Positions 1 through 7,544 of a stretch of DNA of 13,892 nt are shown here, piece by piece (position 1 is the first letter of the stretch; every line of letters starts with the position of its first letter). The stretch is taken from the NCBI GenBank assembly GCA_002401295.1, contig NVSR01000002.1:95898-109789 (forward strand). Reading direction: 5' to 3'. The notes under the pieces were generated by a model. The model was not told the origin of the DNA. It worked only from the letters and a program-made list of their open reading frames with translations, and did not search any database. This stretch comes from SAR324 cluster bacterium. Its GTDB lineage: Bacteria; SAR324; XYD2-FULL-50-16. The position numbers and the translations under genes are program-made.

Positions 1-214
1 AATCGTTGAAGTTCTATATTGACAGTAACAAGACAGGATCTTTTTTGCTCAGTCACTATTAGCTATCCCTAAATTATTTTAGTAATACTGATTTTTCTGT
101 AAAGATCGGCACCTTTTTAAGGTCATCGTTTAAGATGCATTTCAATGTGATTTTCATTGGAATTGATATAATATTTTCGGAGAAGTAAAAGACCAACTCT
201 CCGCAGGAACAAAG

Positions 215-248
215 TTACCTACTCTTAACAAGAGTAGGTATTTGATAT
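215..248 (+). terminator. Perfect 11-bp inverted repeat (tacctactctt-aac-aagagtaggta) followed by a T-rich tract (tttgatatt). Candidate intrinsic terminator of an upstream off-window gene, or an operator.
   Basis: Read directly: positions 216-226 are the exact reverse complement of 230-240, with loop AAC and then TTTGATATTATATCTTTATT. Confidence 0.4.
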
Positions 249-382
249 TATATCTTTATTAAATTATTTGTCAGTTGATTACTTTTGTCGCGTAAAACGC
301 GAGGGATTATCAATCGAGTAAAGTATTTAAACTATTCTATTTTTCTGAACACCCCTATGCACAAGGTATAAAAAGGCCGTTT

Positions 383-2263
383 ATGAATAGAACAGATAAA
401 TTCATCAAGTCGAGACGACTTATGATGGGTGCTACGCTTTGCGCATTAGTAGCAGTGTCAGCATGTAAGCCTGAAAGTGATTCAGATGGTTCACAGACAG
501 TCCCCCCTAACTTCATCACTATTGTATTGGATGATATGGGGTACTCTGATCTTCAGCCCTATGGTAGTGAGATTCAGACCCCTAATATCCAGGCACTAGC
601 CGATGAAGGGGTCATGTTCACGAATTTTTATGCTCATGCCACTTCCACTCCGGCAAGGGGTATGCTGTTTACCGGTAAGGAAAACCATAAATCCGGCGTT
701 GGGAATATGGAAGGCTGGATTCCTTTTCGGCGTGAACAGTTTAGAAAAGTAGGCTATGAAGGTATCCTCTCTAGCGGTGCTTTAGCCATTCCAGAAGTAC
801 TTGCCGACAACGGTTACTACAATATGTTTACGGGCAAGTGGGACTTAGGGCACAAGACCAAACATTCCCCATCGCGACGAGGTTTCCACGAAACCAGAGC
901 TGTCATGCTAATGGGGGGAGACACCCACTGGTCTCGTGAAGATGGAACGATTATCACCAGCCATCAGCCATCGAAGTATGAGAAGAAGAAACGAATGAGC
1001 TGGTATAATGAGAACGGCAAGGAAATGTTAGCCTTCCCCAAGCAGTTCTACTCATCTGACTATTACACGGAAGTGGCAATTGAGATGCTGAATAACCGTG
1101 ATACAACAAAGCCTTTCTATCTGAATATCACTCACATTGCGCCCCATAGCCCACTGCAAGCCCCGGAAGAGGATATCCAAAAGTATTTGGATGCGGAAAC
1201 TTACAACTCCGGCTGGGACGTAGTTCGATTAAATCGCTTCAAAAAGCTGAAGACTCTAGGTATTATCAATCCTTCAGAAAGCTTCGATGCAACCTCTGAT
1301 TTGGCTAATTATACAGTTTCTGGTAATGACGCAACCGGTGATAGCAATGATAGCATGTGGGGGCAGGTGAATGCCGGGCCTTGGTCTGATTTAACAGATG
1401 CACAACAAAAAATTCAAATAAAATACATGGCCATTTATGCGGCAATGATCGACCGCGTCGATCAGAACGTCAAAAAACTGGTCGACCATTTAAAAGTGAT
1501 TGGAGAATATGAAAATACGGTTATTTTCATTGTCTCTGATAACGGAGGAGCTTACAAGCTGCCTGCGGGTAATAACCCGGAACGAGGCGCTCATATCAGA
1601 GCAAACTTTGTTCACGAGTATGACAGTTTAGGTGGACCCAACTCCTTCATCGGACTGGGGCCAGGTTGGGGAACTGTAGCCAATGCACCTTTCAATAATT
1701 TTAAAGGTGATTTTTATGATGGTGGTATCCGCGTACCGGCCATTATCCATTACCCTAAGATGAATTCAACCTATAAGGGTAAACAAATCGATCGTTTGAG
1801 TTCGATTATGGATATTGGCGCTACCATGCTGGATATGGCGAATATCACCTATCCAAGGGAACATAATGGTGAAATTAACAAGCCATTAGATGGGAAGTCC
1901 ATGGCATCTATTCTCACAAAAGGCACAGTTGATGACACCCATACATACCTTGGTTGGGAGCTAGACGGTGGTGTTGGCATCCGAACGACACAATATAAAC
2001 TCTCTACGCACTTTCAGGAGACTCCTGATAGCTTAGGCTTCACCACAGCAGCACAAGCTGGCATGGACCCGGCACAGTTCCTACCAGCCTTCATGTCTTG
2101 CTGGAGTAACCAAGCCGTGTACGACGTATCTTCTGACTTTTTTGAGAAGACCGACATATCAAGTAACACGAATATTTACTCGACGATGAAAGCCCATTTG
2201 GATGATTATAAAGAGGACAGTCAAGTTGTTGAGGTAACTCAATGCCGACCGGCTACTCCATAA
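383..2263 (+). CDS. Ser-type (formylglycine-dependent) sulfatase / arylsulfatase-family lipoprotein, 626 aa.
   Basis: Lipobox LVAVSAC at the N-terminus. DDMGYSD metal-binding start motif. Sulfatase signature I reads ATSTPARGMLFTG, i.e. the S-x-P-x-R variant with Ser in place of Cys. Signature-II-like TGKWDLGH. A Shine-Dalgarno-like aaaaagg lies 6 nt upstream of the ATG. Confidence 0.85.
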   Translation: MNRTDKFIKSRRLMMGATLCALVAVSACKPESDSDGSQTVPPNFITIVLDDMGYSDLQPYGSEIQTPNIQALADEGVMFTNFYAHATSTPARGMLFTGKENHKSGVGNMEGWIPFRREQFRKVGYEGILSSGALAIPEVLADNGYYNMFTGKWDLGHKTKHSPSRRGFHETRAVMLMGGDTHWSREDGTIITSHQPSKYEKKKRMSWYNENGKEMLAFPKQFYSSDYYTEVAIEMLNNRDTTKPFYLNITHIAPHSPLQAPEEDIQKYLDAETYNSGWDVVRLNRFKKLKTLGIINPSESFDATSDLANYTVSGNDATGDSNDSMWGQVNAGPWSDLTDAQQKIQIKYMAIYAAMIDRVDQNVKKLVDHLKVIGEYENTVIFIVSDNGGAYKLPAGNNPERGAHIRANFVHEYDSLGGPNSFIGLGPGWGTVANAPFNNFKGDFYDGGIRVPAIIHYPKMNSTYKGKQIDRLSSIMDIGATMLDMANITYPREHNGEINKPLDGKSMASILTKGTVDDTHTYLGWELDGGVGIRTTQYKLSTHFQETPDSLGFTTAAQAGMDPAQFLPAFMSCWSNQAVYDVSSDFFEKTDISSNTNIYSTMKAHLDDYKEDSQVVEVTQCRPATP

Positions 2264-2284
2264 AGCAAGCCGACTCCAGAGTAT

Positions 2285-2327
2285 AAAAAGCCCGGTTACC
2301 TTCATCTATGGTAACCGGGCTTTTTTT
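2285..2327. terminator. Bidirectional rho-independent terminator between the convergent sulfatase (+) and lipoprotein (-) genes.
   Basis: aaaaa-GCCCGGTTACC-ttcatctat-GGTAACCGGGC-ttttttt: an 11-bp GC-rich perfect stem flanked by an A-run and a T-run. It overlaps the stop codon (2326-2328) of the minus-strand gene. Confidence 0.85.
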
Positions 2328-2943
2328 ATTTCCTATTAAATACAACTTGAAAGTATTGCTTTGATACTGCGTGGTAGTAGGTTCCGCCTAACTTATCCAG
2401 CTCGGGATTATAAACCAGGTTATACATGGATCCTGAATAATTTTTATCATCCAACTTCACGAAAATCCCGATATCATCTCCCTTTCTTAAAAGCTTAGTT
2501 TTAGCAATGTTTATCGGTTGAGGGTTATAATACTCCACTTCAAGTTTTTTGTTACTTTGTACTCCACGCACCTCCAGAGTATAATTCCCATCAGTGCGAC
2601 TCCATTTACCCAGTAGCTTCCTCAAATTGTCTTGAGCCTTCTTGCTAATCTCCCCCGTCTCCTGCGGTATTTCCTCTTCACTAACTTTAACCTCTTCTTG
2701 TAAAGCCCCCGGTCGTTGATCAGGTAAGGCACTGCTTTCTGAACTTGTCCTTGCCGAAGTTTCAGGATCCTGCCCCCCGCGTTCACAAGCTCCTCCAAAC
2801 ATAAGGAGAAAGCTGAAACTTATACAAATCACTATCCTACAAAGCCGCTTATGGAGGGAGTGTCCAATATCATATTGCGGTCTTTTTCCACCCCAATGCC
2901 TCAAATTTTCCCTTTGAAAGCCGGGTTTAGAACTATCGTACAT
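2326..2943 (-). CDS. Hypothetical lipoprotein with a C-terminal domain of unknown function. The start is uncertain: the ORF-track start at 2964 is TTG, the first ATG is at 2943, and the lipobox is ~55 aa downstream.
   Basis: Hydrophobic stretch KRLCRIVICISFSFLLMFGGAC ends in a lipobox-like GGAC. It is followed by a Ser/Glu-rich low-complexity linker and a ~100 aa C-terminal domain (YYNPQPINIAKTK...YNLVYNPELDKLGGTYYH). The 3' end overlaps the flavoprotein gene. Confidence 0.5.
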   Translation of the reverse strand: MYDSSKPGFQRENLRHWGGKRPQYDIGHSLHKRLCRIVICISFSFLLMFGGACERGGQDPETSARTSSESSALPDQRPGALQEEVKVSEEEIPQETGEISKKAQDNLRKLLGKWSRTDGNYTLEVRGVQSNKKLEVEYYNPQPINIAKTKLLRKGDDIGIFVKLDDKNYSGSMYNLVYNPELDKLGGTYYHAVSKQYFQVVFNRK

Positions 2944-3673
2944 TGCGTATTGACCCTCGCTCAATCATGTTCCGGGTATTTCTATTATAGATTTTACGAA
3001 ACTCTTCAAGGGACATAAACTCCCTGCTAATAGTGGCTAGTGTTTCTTCGCTAATCTTGCCCTCTTTGATCAACTGACGCCCCGCTTGTTTGGAGGCGCT
3101 CAAAATGTCCTCTACCTTTACCGGATCATTTAATACTTGCCGTTTAAACATTCCAGCTTGTGGCCTCAAGACGGCATTCACAAACTCTTTACCAGACAAC
3201 CGGCAGTAACTTTCCAGGTGACAGACTGCCGGGTGAAATTCTTCCATCAGCAGGCCGGCAGTAGCAAACAGCACCACTTTAGACTTCCCATATCCGGTAC
3301 GCTGCAGATGAACACAGTGCTCTATATCGTCATCAAGCATGGGTTCCACAATGGGCAAGGTTCGCTCCATCAATATTTTTAAATTCGTAGAGACACCCCC
3401 AGCATAGATCGGTGTGGATAAAATCCAATAGTCCGCTTGGATCATTTTATCCAACAATTCGCTCATTTCATCTTTGAGAGAAGAACAGATGCCGGGGGTC
3501 CGAAACCAACAATTCATGCAGCCAATGCAAGTTTTAAGATCTAGTTTTTGCAAGTGCACCAATTCTACTTCCGCTTTCTCCTCTTCCATTCCCTCAATAA
3601 AAGGCGCTAACAAAAGTGCGCCAGTGCCGTGTTTCATCTTGGGGCTGCTATTAATTACGATTACTTTTGTCAT
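2933..3673 (-). CDS. Isf-like iron-sulfur flavoprotein / NADPH-dependent FMN reductase (flavodoxin-like fold). True start is ATG at 3673, not the GTG at 3700 in the ORF track.
   Basis: MTKVIVINSSPK flavodoxin-like N-terminus. Compact cysteine cluster CIGCMNCWFRTPGIC (C-x2-C-x2-C-x7-C) typical of Isf 4Fe-4S flavoproteins. Strong SD taaggag lies 7 nt upstream of the 3673 ATG. Confidence 0.8.
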   Translation of the reverse strand: MTKVIVINSSPKMKHGTGALLLAPFIEGMEEEKAEVELVHLQKLDLKTCIGCMNCWFRTPGICSSLKDEMSELLDKMIQADYWILSTPIYAGGVSTNLKILMERTLPIVEPMLDDDIEHCVHLQRTGYGKSKVVLFATAGLLMEEFHPAVCHLESYCRLSGKEFVNAVLRPQAGMFKRQVLNDPVKVEDILSASKQAGRQLIKEGKISEETLATISREFMSLEEFRKIYNRNTRNMIERGSIRNVR

Positions 3674-3802
3674 AAATTTCTCCTTACGAAATATTTTCAC
3701 TTTGGATTGCTTCAGCCCAGAAATATAATTTTATTGAGGCCTAAAACCCAAACCTATGGAGAGATTTTTATATCAACGGGCCTCATGTCTTTTGTCGGCA
3801 AA

Positions 3803-3842
3803 AAAGCTTAAGTTACAAGCTAACTTATTAAGTTTGTATGTG
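3803..3842 (-). terminator. Weak AT-rich hairpin plus T-run on the minus strand downstream of the DUF697 gene; possible intrinsic terminator.
   Basis: Minus strand reads cttaa(taa)gtt-agcttgt-aacttaag followed by cttttttg. The stem is AT-rich with a 3-nt bulge, so it is weak. Confidence 0.3.
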
Positions 3843-3897
3843 ATGGCCTAGAGGATTGGCCCTGTGAGCTAAACCCTAAAACTGGATTTTCTACCCC

Positions 3898-4419
3898 CTA
3901 GAGACCTTTTACGAAATTCTGCCCCTCTTCAAATTTTTTCTTATAGTACTGTTGCACTTTTTCAGGGTCCAAATCCAAGAAGGTCCCACCTGAAGCAAAG
4001 TGCTGAACAAATACCTGGCCCAAAGCGTAAGTAGAGGCTCCCGCAATAATCGGCATAGTCAAGACACCTATTGACTGTCCAATTACGGGTATAGCCTTGA
4101 TAAGGCTAGATAACCCACCAGCCATTGATGTAGGGATAACACTTGCTAATAAAGAACCAATGACTGATTTTCCAATATCTTTTGAGAATTCAATATCATA
4201 CTTTGTGGCAAGTTTTTTCAACATTATCAACTGCACTGCGGTTAATGCGGCTAAATCAACAAGGGGAAGGGGAATCAACCCAACACCCATTGAACCATAG
4301 ACAGTATTCCGAATGAGTTTATCCACAGCTGCTTGAAGTTCTTCTTCAGCCAACCCTTTACTCTCCTGAGTTTCTTCTTGTTCTGCACTATTCACATCAC
4401 TTTCACCTTTTTCCAACAT
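3898..4419 (-). CDS. DUF697-like small membrane protein (acidic N-terminus, two hydrophobic segments). True start is ATG at 4419, not the GTG at 4425 in the ORF track.
   Basis: aggtgg SD lies 9 nt upstream of the ATG at 4419. The GLIPLPLVDLAALTAVQLIMLKKLATKYD segment resembles the conserved core of the DUF697 family. The family assignment is from memory, not a search. Confidence 0.65.
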   Translation of the reverse strand: MLEKGESDVNSAEQEETQESKGLAEEELQAAVDKLIRNTVYGSMGVGLIPLPLVDLAALTAVQLIMLKKLATKYDIEFSKDIGKSVIGSLLASVIPTSMAGGLSSLIKAIPVIGQSIGVLTMPIIAGASTYALGQVFVQHFASGGTFLDLDPEKVQQYYKKKFEEGQNFVKGL

Positions 4420-5023
4420 CTTCACTCCACCTAATTAGATTGACAATCCACTGAAATAATTAAAATGTCTGATATTTTTTTCTCATAGAAAAGTTATAAA
4501 ACTCAAGTTTTTTTTATTTCTATCTCATCTAACAAATTGGTTTTTTCCTTCTCTAAAGGATTGCTACAGATACCTATCATCCATTCTCACTCAATTTGTC
4601 TTTTTTATCTTCAATAGCATTCATGTCCTCACAAACAGTTTCAGCCTATCAAAAATAATATAAGACTAAGGAGTTTTTCTTGTTTATTCAAAGAGTTCAA
4701 TAAACACAAATATAAGGAGCAATATATTCTGTAGATTTTACGGATTTATGGTGGGATATTCATAGTGTGAAAACTATACGGCACCAGGGCAAGGGAACTG
4801 GCCCTTAAGACAGCTCATTTCATCAGTAGATTATAGTAGTTCCACACTGATAATATCGCAGCTGCCATCCTGTTCTTTAACCTAACCTGCAGGGGAGATA
4901 TCCCCTAAATATAAAACATTACCTCGATCTCCACCTATTCTCATATCAGGTATGGGGATTATGAGGCCTGAATTTAGACTACTGAAAGGTGGAGCAAGCA
5001 AGCCCAATACAAGTTATTGTGCA

Positions 5024-5212
5024 TTATTCTTCCTTCACAATTTTAGGAGCGTCCTCATCCTCTTTTTTGCCACTTGCAACAACCAATAGGAATCCAATGA
5101 GAGGAGATAATAGCAAAGAACCAAAAAAATAGCCCCAGAAGCCCATGCTACGTTTCCTTCCCATCAACCCCACCAGAAAGCTTGATACAAAATGTAATGC
5201 AATAAAAATCAT
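5024..5212 (-). CDS. Small (62 aa) two-helix membrane protein with a charged C-terminal tail.
   Basis: ATG start. Two hydrophobic helices (IFIALHFVSSFLVGLM, WGYFFGSLLLSPLIGFLLVVA) separated by GRKRS, then an acidic tail KKEDEDAPKIVKEE. Same strand as the upstream operon and immediately downstream of it. No clear SD. Confidence 0.45.
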   Translation of the reverse strand: MIFIALHFVSSFLVGLMGRKRSMGFWGYFFGSLLLSPLIGFLLVVASGKKEDEDAPKIVKEE

Positions 5213-5327
5213 TGTTTTAAATTTATTAAAGTTTTTTCATTAATCGACAAAAAAAATAAGTAGGCTCCCTATCAGTTCAAGTATCCTATACTTTTTAGTC
5301 ACTTACATAAATAAAAACATCAAAGAC

Positions 5328-6470
5328 CTAATCTGATGACGCACGGTTATTGACAAAAATAAAGGTCCCCTTATCCATTTTTTTGATTGCGACCTCACGT
5401 CCTTCAACATCACCATTTTTCTTGAAATTATAGATTCCGGTAACCCCTTCCCAATTACGTAAATAGCGTAAATAATTAGCAAGTTTTAGTGGCTCTGTCA
5501 CTTGCCGCAGCCGAATAGCCTCAACCAATAGATTCACAGCATCATAACCTTGTGCAGCCCAAGTGTCCGGCAAGTGTTTATATTTGATGGCAAAGACCTT
5601 TTTAAATTTATTCAGCTTTGCACTCTTTCGATGAGGATTATATACAGCGGTCACAAACGTCCCTTGAGCCGCTTTCCCCGCTACTTTCCATAAGAATGGA
5701 TTGTCCAGGCCATCCCCTCCAATAAAGGGTGCCTTAATCCCCATTAGCCTGGCCTGTTTGATGATATATCCGGCATCTGGCATCCCTCCAGCGATAATCA
5801 CCATATCATATTCCAGACTACTAATTGTATCCAAGATAGGAGTGAAGTTACGCTCATTAGCGAAGTATGACTTCAAGGCCACTATTTTTATCCCTTTTTT
5901 ATCGGAACTTTCATAAATAATATCTGCTAATCTTTTACCATATAGTGATCGCTTATATAAAATTACAGCCTTTTTTACCTTCTGCTTCGCTAAAAAGTCA
6001 CTAATGGCAATACCAATGATTTTGTCAGAGGGAATACTCCTGAATACATACTTAAAATTATGGTTGGTTAAATTGGGGTTTGTCGCCCCTGGAGTAATGT
6101 ATAAAATTCCATGATTCTCATAAGTGATGGAGGCCGGTATTGCCGTGGATGAAGTCATGTGTCCAATGACTGCTATGACGTTGGGATTTTTTGCGAACTT
6201 ATTAGCATACAGCTGTGCTTTTTTGGGCTTTCGCTCATCATCATAAAATATCTTAATCAGCTTCCTACCACCAAGGAGGCCGCCGCTACTATTGACTTCC
6301 TCAATAGCAAAATCCACACCCTTGAGAAAATCGCCTTTTTGTCCCACAATACCAACCACAATATCGCCGGTCCCCTCACGCGCGCGTTCAATGCGGGCCT
6401 GACGAGACTCTTCATACTGATTGCAAGCAGAAAAAATAAGGATTGCTATAAAAAGAAAGAGCCTTTGCAT
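5328..6470 (-). CDS. Periplasmic-binding-protein type I (Leu/Ile/Val-binding / ANF-receptor family) lipoprotein.
   Basis: Lipobox LIFSAC. Length and pattern fit PBP1 solute-binding proteins (GIVGQKGDF...AIEEVN, VIGHMTSSTAIPAS, ITPGATNP). It lies 24 bp downstream of the SPFH gene, so it is likely in the same operon. Confidence 0.75.
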   Translation of the reverse strand: MQRLFLFIAILIFSACNQYEESRQARIERAREGTGDIVVGIVGQKGDFLKGVDFAIEEVNSSGGLLGGRKLIKIFYDDERKPKKAQLYANKFAKNPNVIAVIGHMTSSTAIPASITYENHGILYITPGATNPNLTNHNFKYVFRSIPSDKIIGIAISDFLAKQKVKKAVILYKRSLYGKRLADIIYESSDKKGIKIVALKSYFANERNFTPILDTISSLEYDMVIIAGGMPDAGYIIKQARLMGIKAPFIGGDGLDNPFLWKVAGKAAQGTFVTAVYNPHRKSAKLNKFKKVFAIKYKHLPDTWAAQGYDAVNLLVEAIRLRQVTEPLKLANYLRYLRNWEGVTGIYNFKKNGDVEGREVAIKKMDKGTFIFVNNRASSD

Positions 6471-6494
6471 GTCTATTTTTTTGTTTCCACACTC

Positions 6495-7496
6495 TTAATT
6501 TGTGCTGGTTAAAAACTTACTAAATGCTAAAACTGAGTTTTCAGTCTTGTTCACTTGAGGTGCTTCATTTTGAAGCTTTTTATCACCTCGACCTTCTTTA
6601 GTTGATACCTGTATCTCTTTGTTATCTTTATAACCAGGTCCATCATCTGTATTAATCGGCAACATTAGAGGCAAACCTACACCATTCCCCCCGCCAATGA
6701 CGATAACCTTGCTGTTGTCGGACTTAGCAAGTTCCAAGGTAGCTAAAATCCCAGCCCACGTGATGATTTTATCAGTAAGTGACTGATTTATAATATCATT
6801 ATGCACCTTGATACCTTTAGCCTCAATATGCCTTCGTTTTGCTTCTTGTTGCTCTCGTTGCAGTTTAAATTCATATTCCTGAAACAAGTGTTTCTGTTTC
6901 AACTTTTGCTCGATCGCCACTTGAATCGCTTCAGTTAGCACAATTTTTCTAATAACCAGGTCATCCAAACTCACATAGCGCTGACCAATCTGCTCCGTCG
7001 CTTCATTGATCACCCCTTCAGTAATCGCTTTTTTTGCGGAATAGAATTCTTCTGCTTCGTACTGGCCAATAATCTTTCGCAGTGCTGCTTCTACTTCCGG
7101 TATCACGATGATATCGACATAATCAGGTCCAACCTCTTTATGGAGTACCCCCAGGAGGTCATATTCGGGATGGTAACGGATTGACACGGCCAGATGAATA
7201 GTCAGCCCCCGTTTTGTTAAGACATCCACTTCATGATTTGTTGTTTGAACACGGACATTATAAACGGTCATTTCATTAAATGGGTTTATAATTTCATACC
7301 CTTCCTGATAAACATGATCAACAACCGTTCCCCCGGAAAATCGTCGGAATAGAACTCCAGCTTCTCCCGCATCAATAGAGATCACCACAATATTCCAAAG
7401 AAAGAGAGCCGTTAAAAGCGATATAAGAAAAAACACCACTATTAACAACAAATTATCCGACAATTTCTCTTTTACTTTTTGAACAAAGGATTTCAT
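6495..7496 (-). CDS. SPFH/band-7 (prohibitin/HflC-like) membrane protein.
   Basis: N-terminal TM helix, then the SPFH core (GEAGVLFRRFSGG...VYQEGYEIINPF...TKRGLTIHLAVSIRY) and a coiled-coil Glu/Lys/Gln-rich region. SD gggggaag upstream. Confidence 0.85.
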   Translation of the reverse strand: MKSFVQKVKEKLSDNLLLIVVFFLISLLTALFLWNIVVISIDAGEAGVLFRRFSGGTVVDHVYQEGYEIINPFNEMTVYNVRVQTTNHEVDVLTKRGLTIHLAVSIRYHPEYDLLGVLHKEVGPDYVDIIVIPEVEAALRKIIGQYEAEEFYSAKKAITEGVINEATEQIGQRYVSLDDLVIRKIVLTEAIQVAIEQKLKQKHLFQEYEFKLQREQQEAKRRHIEAKGIKVHNDIINQSLTDKIITWAGILATLELAKSDNSKVIVIGGGNGVGLPLMLPINTDDGPGYKDNKEIQVSTKEGRGDKKLQNEAPQVNKTENSVLAFSKFLTSTN

Positions 7497-7544
7497 TAGC
7501 TTAACTTCCCCCGAATAATACTTACAGAATTAGACATGGCACCT

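Noticed and set aside
77-157. 27-aa minus-strand mini-ORF (MKITLKCILNDDLKKVPIFTEKSVLLK) in the upstream intergenic region.
   Set aside because: It has no SD and no recognisable features, and it sits in AT-rich DNA where short ORFs arise by chance.
3137-3811. Plus-strand ORFs 3137-3382, 3474-3728 and 3629-3811 (60-84 aa).
   Set aside because: They lie wholly or partly antisense to the well-supported flavoprotein gene. They have no SD and their translations are compositionally odd. They are most likely shadow ORFs.
4800-4860. CUGAUGA followed by GAAA on the minus strand, reminiscent of the hammerhead-ribozyme core.
   Set aside because: No helix II hairpin lies between the two elements, and the flanking stems I/III cannot be drawn. 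It is probably a chance occurrence of short motifs.
5701-6512. Plus-strand ORFs 5701-5916 and 6159-6512 overlapping the PBP gene.
   Set aside because: They are antisense to a strongly supported lipoprotein PBP gene and are shadow ORFs.
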